Assembly (NCBI GenBank): GCA_964016885.1
Contig: OZ024741.1
Coordinates: 261,392,001 to 261,456,000, forward strand
DNA: 64,000 nucleotides
Reading direction: 5' to 3'
Source of the DNA: Eledone cirrhosa
Taxonomy: Eukaryota
This document shows, piece after piece, positions 54,872 to 64,000 of this stretch. Numbering within the stretch: the stretch's first letter is position 1; every line of letters begins with the position of its first letter. The notes below the pieces were generated by a model. That model saw only the letters and a list, made by a program, of their open reading frames with translations. It did not search any database and was not told the origin of the DNA. The position numbers and the translations under genes are program-made.

Positions 54872-57800
54872 TTTTCGCTTTACGAGTGTTTCGGCGTACG
54901 AGCGTTTCGACTTACGAGTGTTTTGACTTACGTGTGTTTCGGCTTACGAGTGTTTTGACTTACGAGTGTTTCGACTTACGAGTGTTCTGACTTACGAGTG
55001 TTCCGACTTACGAGCGTTCCGACTTACGAGTGTTTCGGCTTACGAGTGTTCTGACTTACGAGTGTTCTGACTTACGAGTGTTCTGACTTACGAGTGGTCT
55101 GACTTACGGGTGTTCCGACTTACGAGCGTTCCGACTTACGTGTGTTTCGGTTTACGAGTGTTCTGACTTACGAGTGTTCTGACTTACAAGTGTTCTGACT
55201 TACGAGTGGTCTGACTTACGGGTGTTCTGACTTACGAGTGTTCCGACTTACGAGTGTTTCAGCTTATGAGTGTTTCGACTTACGAGTGCTTCGGTTTACG
55301 AGTGTTTCGACTTACGAGTGTTTCGGCTTACGAGTGTTTCGACTTACGAATGTTTTGGCTTACGGGTGTTTCGGCTTACGAGTGTTTCGGCTTATGAGTG
55401 TTTCGACTTACGAGTGTTTTGACTTATGGTGTTTCGGCTTACGAGTGTTTCGACATACGAGTGTTTTGACTTACGGGTGTTTCGACTTACGGGTGTTTCG
55501 ACGTAAGAGTGTTTCGACTTACGAGCGCTTCGACTTACGAGTGTTTCGACTTACGAGTGTTTCGGCGTACGAGTGTTTTGACTTACGAGTGTTTCGACTT
55601 ACGAGTGTTTCGACTTACGAGTGCTTTGACTTACGAATGTTTTGAATTACTTCGACTTACGAGTGATCTGACTTACGAGTGTTCCTACTTACGAGTGTTC
55701 CTACTTACGAGTGTTTCAACTTACGAGTGTTTCGACTTACGCGTGTTTCGGCTTACGAGTGTTTCCGGCTTACGAGTGTTTCGACTTACGAGTGTTTTGA
55801 CTTACGGTGTTTCGGCTTACGAGTGATTCGACTTACGAGTGTTTTGACTTGCGGGTGTTTTGACTTACGGGTGTTGTGAATTACGAGTGTTCCGATTTAC
55901 GAGTGTTTCGGCTTATGAGTGTTTCGACTTACGAGTGTTACGGCTTACGAGTGTTTCGACTTATGGGTGTTTCGACTTACGAGTGTTTTACTTACGGTGT
56001 TTCGGCTTACGAGTGTTTCGACATACGAGTGTTCAGACTTACGAGTGTTCCGACTTACGAGCGTTCCGACTTACGAGTGTTTCGACTTACGAGTGTTAAG
56101 ACTTACGGGTGTTTTGACATACGAGTGTTTCGATACGAGTGTTTCGACTTACGAGTGTTACGAATGTTCTGACTTACGAGTGTTCTGACTTACGAGTGTT
56201 CTGACTTACGAGTGTTCTGACTTACGAGCGTTCTGACTTACGAGCGTTCTGACTTACGAGTGTTCCGACTTACGAGTGTTTCGGCTTACGAGTGTTTCGA
56301 CTTACGAGTGTTCTGACTTACGAGTGTTCCGACTAACGAGCGTTCCGACTTACGAGTGTTTCGGCTTACAAGTGTTCCGACTTACGAGTGTTTCGACTTA
56401 CGAGTGTTTTGACTTACGGTGTTTCTGCTTACGAGTGTTTCGACTTACGAGTGTAAAGACTTACGGGTGTTTTGACATACGAGTGTTTCGATACGAGTGT
56501 TTCGACTTACGAGTGTTACGAGTGTTCTGACATACGAGTGTTTCGACTTACGAGTGTTCTGACCTACAAGTGTTCTGACTTACGAGTGTTTCGACTTACG
56601 ATTGTTTTTTTCACTTACGGGTGTTTCGACTTACGCGTGTTTCGACTTACGAGTGTTTCGACTTACGAGTGTTTCGACTTGCGAGTGTTTCGACTTACGA
56701 GTGTTTTGACTTACGAATGTTCTGACTTACGGGTGTTTCGCCTTACGAGTGTTTCGACTTACGAGTGTTTTAACTTACGGGTGTTTCGACTTACGTGTGT
56801 TTCGACTTACGAGTGTTTCGACTTACGAGTGTTTCGACTTAAGAATGTTACGACTTACGAGTGTTTCTACTTACGAGTGTTTCGGCTTACGAGTGTTTCG
56901 ACCTTACGAGTGTTCTGACTTACGAGTGTTCTGACTTACGAGTGTTCTGACTTACGAGTGGTCTGACTTACGGGTGTTCTTACTTACGAGTGTTCCGACT
57001 TACGAGTGTTTCAGCCTATGAGTGTTTCGACTTACGAGTGCTTCGGTTTACGAGTGTTTCGACTTACGAGCGTTTCGGCATACGAGTGTTTCGACTTACG
57101 AATGTTTTGGCTTACGAGTGTTCTGACTTACGAGTGTTCCGACTTACGACTATTTCGAACTACGAGTGTTTTGACTTACGAGTGTTCCGACTTACGAGTG
57201 TTTCGGCTTACGGGTGTTTCGACGTACGAGTATTTTTGGCTTACAAGTGTTTCGACTTACGAGTGTTTTGAATTACGATTGTTTCGGCTTACGAGTGTTT
57301 CGACTTACGAGTATTTCGACTTACGAGTTTTTTACTTACGGTGTTTCGGCTTACGAGTGTTTCGACTTACGAGTGTTTTGACTTACAGGTGTTTTGACAT
57401 ACGAGTGTTTCGATACGAGTGCTCTGACTTACGAGTGTTCTGACTTACGAGTGTTCTGACTTACGAGTGTTCTGACTTACGGGTGTTCTGACTTACGTGT
57501 GTTCCGACTTACGAGTGTTTCGGTTATGGGTGTTCCGACTTACGAGTGTTTCGACTTACGAATGTTTTGGCTTACGAGTGTTTCGGCTTACGAATGTTTC
57601 GACTTACGAATGTTTTGGCTTACGAGTGTTTCGGCTTACGGGTGTTTCGACTTACGAGTGTTTCGACTTACGAGTGTTTTGACTTACGGTGTTTCGGCTT
57701 ACGATTTATTCGACATACGAGTGTTTCGACTTACGGGTGTTTCGACTTACGAGTGTTTCGACTTATGAGTGTTTCGACTTACGAGTGTTCTGACTTACGA

Positions 57801-58056
57801 GTGTTCTGACTTACGAGTGTTCCGACTTACGAGTGTTTCGACTTACGAGTGTTTTGACTTACGAATGTTCTGACTTACGGGTGTTTCGCCTTACGAGTGT
57901 TTCGACTTACGAGTGTTTTAACTTACGGGTGTTTCGACTTACGCGTGTTTCGACTTACGAGTGTTTCGACTTACGAGTGTTTCGACTTACGAATGTTCCG
58001 ACTTACGAGTGTTTCTACTTACGAGTGTTTCGGCTTACGAGTGTTTCGACTTACGA

Positions 58057-58125
58057 AAATAACAAATAGACGCGGTTTCAAATATCTATGCTTTTCAAAT
58101 TCATTACATTAATCTTTATTTATAC
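58057..58125. repeat. 69-bp linker, copy 23
   Basis: ATATCT variant. Confidence 0.95.
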
Positions 58126-59711
58126 GTTTCGCTTTACGAGTGTTTCGACGTACGAGTGTTTCGACTTACGAGTGTTTTAACTTACGGTTGTTTCGACTTA
58201 CGCGTTTTTCAACTACGAATGTTCCGACTTACGAGTGTTTCGACTTACGAGTGTTTCGACTTACGAGTGCTTTGACTTACGAATGTTTTGACTTACTTCG
58301 ACTTACGAGTGATCTGACTTACGAGTATTCCTACTTACGAGTGTTTCGACTTACGAGTGTTTCGACTTACGAATGTTCCGACTTACGAGTTTTTCTACTT
58401 ACGAGTGTTTCGGCTTACGAGTGTTTCGACCTTACGAGTGTTCTGACTACGAGTGTTCTGACTTACGAGTGTTCTGACTTACGAGTGGTCTGACTTACGG
58501 GTGTTCTTACTTACGAGTGTTCCGACTTACGAGTGTTTCAGCTTATGAGTGTTTCGACTTACGAGTGCTTCGGTTTACGAGTGTTTCGACTTACGAGTGT
58601 TCTGACTTACGAGTGTTCCGACTTACGAGAGTTCCGACTTACGAGTGTTTCGACTTACGAGTGTTAAGACTTACGGGTGTTTTGACATACGAGTGTTTCG
58701 ATACGAGTGTTTCGACTTACGAGTGTTACGAGAGTTCTGACTTACGAGTGTTCTGACTTACGAGTGTTCTGACTTACGAGTGTTCTGACATACGAGTGTT
58801 CTGACTTACGAGCGTTCTGACTTACGAGTGTTCCGACTTACGAGTGTTTCGGCTTACGAGTGTTTCGACTTACGAGTGTTCTGACGTACGACTGTTCCGA
58901 CTTACGAGCGTTCCGACTTACGAGTGTTTCGGCTTACAAGTGTTCCGTCTTACGAGTGTTTCGACTTACGAGTGTTTCGACTTACGAGTGTTTTGACTTA
59001 CGAGTGTTTTGACTTACGGTGTTTCTGCTTACGAGTGTTTCGACTTACGAGTGTTAAGACTTACGGGTGTTACGAGTGTTCTGACTTACGGGTGTTTCCA
59101 CTTACGAGTGTTTCGACTTACGAGTGTTTCGAGTTACGAGTGTTTCGACTTACGAGTGTTTTGACTTAAGAATGTTCTGACTTACGAGTGTTTCGACTTA
59201 CGAGTGTTTCGACTTACGAGTATTCTAACTTACGGGTGTTCCGACTTACGAGTGTTTCGGCTTACGATTGTTTTGACTTACGATTGTTTGGCTTACGAAT
59301 GTTTCGACTTACGAGTGTTTCGACTTACGAGTGTTTTGACTTACGGTGATTCGGCTTCCGAGTGTTTCGACTTACGAGTGTTTTGACTTACGGGTGTTTT
59401 GACATACGAGTGTTTCGATACGAGTGTTCTGACTTACGAGTGTTCTGACTTACGAGTGTTCTGACTTACGGGTGTTCTGACTTACGAGTGTTCCGACTTA
59501 CGAGTGTTTCGGCTTATGAGGGTTTCGACTTACGAGTGCTTCGGCTTACGAGTGTTTCGACTTACGAGTGTTTCGGCTTACGAGTGTTTCGACTTACGAA
59601 TGTTTTGGCTTACGAGTGTTTCGGCTTACGAGTGTTTCGAATTACGAGTGTTTCGACTTACGAGTGTTTCGACTTACGAGTGTTTCGGCTTACGAGTGTT
59701 TCGACTTACGA

Positions 59712-59780
59712 AAATAACAAGTAGACGCGGTTTCAAATATCTATGCTTTTCAAATTCATTACATTAATCTTTATTTATAC
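59712..59780. repeat. 69-bp linker, copy 24
   Basis: Same variant as copies 21 and 22. Confidence 0.95.
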
Positions 59781-62700
59781 TTTTCGCTTTACGAGTGTTT
59801 CGGCGTACGAGCGTTTCGACTTACGAGTGTTTTGACTTACGTGTGTTTCGGCTTACGAGTGTTTTGACTTACGAGTGTTTCGACTTACGAGTGTTCTGAC
59901 TTACGAGTGTTCCGACTTACGAGCGTTCCGACTTACGAGTGTTTCGGCTTACGAGTGTTCTGACTTACGAGTGTTCTGACTTACGAGTGTTCTGACTTAC
60001 GAGTGGTCTGACTTACGGGTGTTCCGACTTACGAGCGTTCCGACTTACGTGTGTTTCGGCTTACGAGTGTTCTGACTTACGAGTGTTCTGACTTACAAGT
60101 GTTCTGACTTACGAGTGGTCTGACTTACGGGTGTTCTGACTTACGAGTGTTCCGACTTACGAGTGTTTCAGCTTATGAGTGTTTCGACTTACGAGTGCTT
60201 CGGTTTACGAGTGTTTCGACTTACGAGTGTTTCGGCTTACGAGTGTTTCGACTTACGAATGTTTTGGCTTACGGGTGTTTCGGCTTACGAGTGTTTCGGC
60301 TTATGAGTGTTTCGACTTACGAGTGTTTTGACTTATGGTGTTTCGGCTTACGGGTGTTTCGACGTAAGAGTGTTTCGACTTACGAGCGCTTCGACTTACG
60401 AGTGTTTCGACTTACGAGTGTTTCGGCGTACGAGTGTTTTGACTTACGAGTGTTTCGACTTACGAGTGTTTCGACATACGAGTGCTTTGACTTACGAATG
60501 TTTTGAATTACTTCGACTTACGAGTGATCTGACTTACGAGTGTTCCTACTTACGAGTGTTCCTACTTACGAGTGTTTCAACTTACGAGTGTTTCGACTTA
60601 CGCGTGTTTCGGCTTACGAGTGTTTCCGGCTTACGAGTGTTTCGACTTACGAGTGTTTTGACTTACGGTGTTTCGGCTTACGAGTGATTCGACTTACGAG
60701 TGTTTTGACTTGCGGGTGTTTTGACTTACGGGTGTTGTGAATTACGAGTGTTCCGATTTACGAGTGTTTCGGCTTATGAGTGTTTCGACTTACGAGTGTT
60801 ACGGCTTACGAGTGTTTCGACTTATGGGTGTTTCGACTTACGAGTGTTTTACTTACGGTGTTTCGGCTTACGAGTGTTTCGACATACGAGTGTTCAGACT
60901 TACGAGTGTTCCGACTTACGAGCGTTCCGACTTACGAGTGTTTCGACTTACGAGTGTTAAGACTTACGGGTGTTTTGACATACGAGTGTTTCGATACGAG
61001 TGTTTCGACTTACGAGTGTTACGAATGTTCTGACTTACGAGTGTTCTGACTTACGAGTGTTCTGACTTACGAGTGTTCTGACTTACGAGCGTTCTGACTT
61101 ACGAGCGTTCTGACTTACGAGTGTTCCGACTTACGAGTGTTTCGGCTTACGAGTGTTTCGACTTACGAGTGTTCTGACTTACGAGTGTTCCGACTAACGA
61201 GCGTTCCGACTTACGAGTGTTTCGGCTTACAAGTGTTCCGACTTACGAGTGTTTCGACTTACGAATGTTTTGACTTACGGTGTTTCTGCTTACGAGTGTT
61301 TCGACTTACGAGTGTTAAGACTTACGGGTGTTTTGACATACGAGTGTTTCGATACGAGTGTTTCGACTTACGAGTGTTACGAGTGTTCTGACATACGAGT
61401 GTTTCGACTTACGAGTGTTCTGACCTACAAGTGTTCTGACTTACGAGTGTTTCGACTTACGATTGTTTTTTTCACTTACGGGTGTTTCGACTTACGCGTG
61501 TTTCGACTTACGAGTGTTTCGACTTACGAGTGTTTCGACTTGCGAGTGTTTCGACTTACGAGTGTTTTGACTTACGAATGTTCTGACTTACGGGTGTTTC
61601 GCCTTACGAGTGTTTCGACTTACGAGTGTTTTAACTTACGGGTGTTTCGACTTACGTGTGTTTCGACTTACGAGTGTTTCGACTTACGAGTGTTTCGACT
61701 TAAGAATGTTACGACTTACGAGTGTTTCTACTTACGAGTGTTTCGGCTTACGAGTGTTTCGACCTTACGAGTGTTCTGACTTACGAGTGTTCTGACTTAC
61801 GAGTGTTCTGACTTACGAGTGGTCTGACTTACGGGTGTTCTTACTTACGAGTGTTCCGACTTACGAGTGTTTCAGCCTATGAGTGTTTCGACTTACGAGT
61901 GCTTCGGTTTACGAGTGTTTCGACTTACGAGCGTTTCGGCATACGAGTGTTTCGACTTACGAATGTTTTGGCTTACGAGTGTTCTGACTTACGAGTGTTC
62001 CGACTTACGACTATTTCGAACTACGAGTGTTTTGACTTACGAGTGTTCCGACTTACGAGTGTTTCGGCTTACGGGTGTTTCGACGTACGAGTATTTTTGG
62101 CTTACAAGTGTTTCGACTTACGAGTGTTTTGAATTACGATTGTTTCGGCTTACGAGTGTTTCGACTTACGAGTATTTCGACTTACGAGTTTTTTACTTAC
62201 GGTGTTTCGGCTTACGAGTGTTTCGACTTACGAGTGTTTTGACTTACAGGTGTTTTGACATACGAGTGTTTCGATACGAGTGCTCTGACTTACGAGTGTT
62301 CTGACTTACGAGTGTTCTGACTTACGAGTGTTCTGACTTACGGGTGTTCTGACTTACGTGTGTTCCGACTTACGAGTGTTTCGGTTATGGGTGTTCCGAC
62401 TTACGAGTGTTTCGACTTACGAATGTTTTGGCTTACGAGTGTTTCGGCTTACGAATGTTTCGACTTACGAATGTTTTGGCTTACGAGTGTTTCGGCTTAC
62501 GGGTGTTTCGACTTACGAGTGTTTCGACTTACGAGTGTTTTGACTTACGGTGTTTCGGCTTACGATTTATTCGACATACGAGTGTTTCGACTTACGGGTG
62601 TTTCGACTTACGAGTGTTTCGACTTATGAGTGTTTCGACTTACGAGTGTTCTGACTTACGAGTGTTCTGACTTACGAGTGTTCCGACTTACGAGTGTTTC

Positions 62701-62917
62701 GACTTACGAGTGTTTTGACTTACGAATGTTCTGACTTACGGGTGTTTCGCCTTACGAGTGTTTCGACTTACGAGTGTTTTAACTTACGGGTGTTTCGACT
62801 TACGCGTGTTTCGACTTACGAGTGTTTCGACTTACGAGTGTTTCGACTTACGAATGTTCCGACTTACGAGTGTTTCTACTTACGAGTGTTTCGGCTTACG
62901 AGTGTTTCGACTTACGA

Positions 62918-62986
62918 AAATAACAAATAGACGCGGTTTCAAATATCTATGCTTTTCAAATTCATTACATTAATCTTTATTTATAC
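62918..62986. repeat. 69-bp linker, copy 25
   Basis: ATATCT variant; copy 23 plus 4861. Confidence 0.95.
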
Positions 62987-63630
62987 GTTTCGCTTTACGA
63001 GTGTTTCGACGTACGAGTGTTTCGACTTACGAGTGTTTTAACTTACGGTTGTTTCGACTTACGCGTTTTTCAACTACGAATGTTCCGACTTACGAGTGTT
63101 TCGACTTACGAGTGTTTCGACTTACGAGTGCTTTGACTTACGAATGTTTTGACTTACTTCGACTTACGAGTGATCTGACTTACGAGTATTCCTACTTACG
63201 AGTGTTTCGACTTACGAGTGTTTCGACTTGCGAGTGTTTCGACTTACGAGTGTGTCGGCTTACGAGTGTTTCGCTGTTTCGGCTTACGTGTGTTTCGACT
63301 TACGAGTGTTTCGACTTACGAGTGTTTCGGCTTATGAGTGTTTCGACTTACGAGTGCTTCGGCTTACGAGTGTTTCGACTTACGAGTATTTCGGCTTACG
63401 AGTGTTTCAACGTACGAATGTTTTGGCTTACGAGTGTTTCGGCTTATGAGTGTTTCGACTTACGAGTGTTTCGACTTACGAGTGTTTCGGCTTACGAGTG
63501 TTTCGACTTACGAGTGTTTCGGCTTACGAGTGTTTCAGTGTTTCGGCTTACGTGTGTTTCGACTTACGAGTGTTTCGACTTACGACTGTTTCGGCTTACG
63601 AGTGTTTCGGCTTACGAGTGTTTCGGCTTA

Positions 63631-64000
63631 TATATAAACGTTTCTATTTCCATCGTTTTATCGTAAACGTTTATATATTTCCATCGTTATATAATAACGT
63701 TTATATTTCCTCACTAATCTCTTTTTCTCCTTTTCCGTTTTAATATATATTTATTTCAAAGATTTCACCGTATAGATAACATATATATTTATACATGCAT
63801 AAAAGACACACCGAGAGACGGTGAAAATGTGGTGCCAAAAACATTTCTCATCCAAATCTCAACAATATCAGTATATACACTAGATTTGCTAGCAGAAAAC
63901 CGCCCACCGGGTGGTTTTCTGCTATTCTATATATATAAAAATTAGGATGTCTGTCTGTGTGTGAGTTTGAATCGCTAAAACTCGAGAACCACCCAACCGA
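63631..64000. mobile_element. Non-satellite insert, copy 3 (truncated by window end)
   Basis: Same left junction (GGCTTA|TATATAAACG). About 7 differences from copy 1 in 370 bp. Confidence 0.65.
63890..63924. other. Inverted repeat/hairpin, copy 3
   Basis: Identical to 26178-26212. Confidence 0.95.

Larger units (their letters stand above)
48415..56705 (+). repeat. Tandem duplication, 4139-bp unit x2
   Basis: Pairs 48708/52847, 50440/54579 and 52137/56276. Confidence 0.92.
53450..63229 (+). repeat. Tandem duplication, ~4.86-4.91-kb unit x2
   Basis: Pairs 54015/58924 (4909), and 55679/60540, 56990/61851 and 58140/63001 (4861). Confidence 0.92.
43854..63630 (+). repeat. 16-bp satellite array, segment 3
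   Basis: Same monomer and orientation, lying between copies 2 and 3 of the 737-bp insert. Confidence 0.99.

Noticed and set aside
119-62986. CRISPR array (recurring linker containing GTTTCAAAT, reverse ATTTGAAAC)
   Set aside because: The intervening sequence is 0.5-5.6 kb of tandem monomers rather than unique 30-40-bp spacers, the repeat is 69 bp, and there are no cas genes.
1-63630. Telomerase-made long telomeric repeat (ACGGATGT/GGGTGT variants recall yeast repeats)
   Set aside because: The consensus lacks a G-run, and multi-kb duplications with shared variants and inserts indicate recombinational amplification. A subtelomeric location cannot be excluded.
399-63666. Hundreds of + strand ORFs encoding FRLTSVSTYECFDLRV-type peptides
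   Set aside because: They result from a stop-free 16-bp monomer, overlap in all three frames, mostly start at GTG/TTG and show no domain-like sequence.

Overview
The window is almost entirely one unidirectional tandem array of a 16-bp monomer (consensus ACTTACGAGTGTTTCG), with many substitution and short-deletion variants. I can support no real gene: the + strand ORFs arise because the monomer has no stop codon in any + frame. Two non-monomer sequences interrupt the array. The first is a conserved 69-bp AT-rich linker, found 25 times and always at the same monomer phase. The second is a ~737-bp insert, found 3 times (25918, 43117, and 63631 truncated by the window end). It carries a 16-bp-stem hairpin, a TC(TA)n start, GTCT/GT microsatellites and a duplicated ~110-bp box, resembling termini of non-autonomous Helitron/Helentron-type elements. 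Diagnostic variants reveal nested duplications with offsets of ~1.4, 1.6-1.7, 2.06, 4.14, 4.9, 5-5.8, 10.4, 15.1 and 17.2 kb. This looks like eukaryotic, probably animal, heterochromatic satellite DNA; that origin is an inference. Counts and boundaries were read by eye, and duplication endpoints are approximate.
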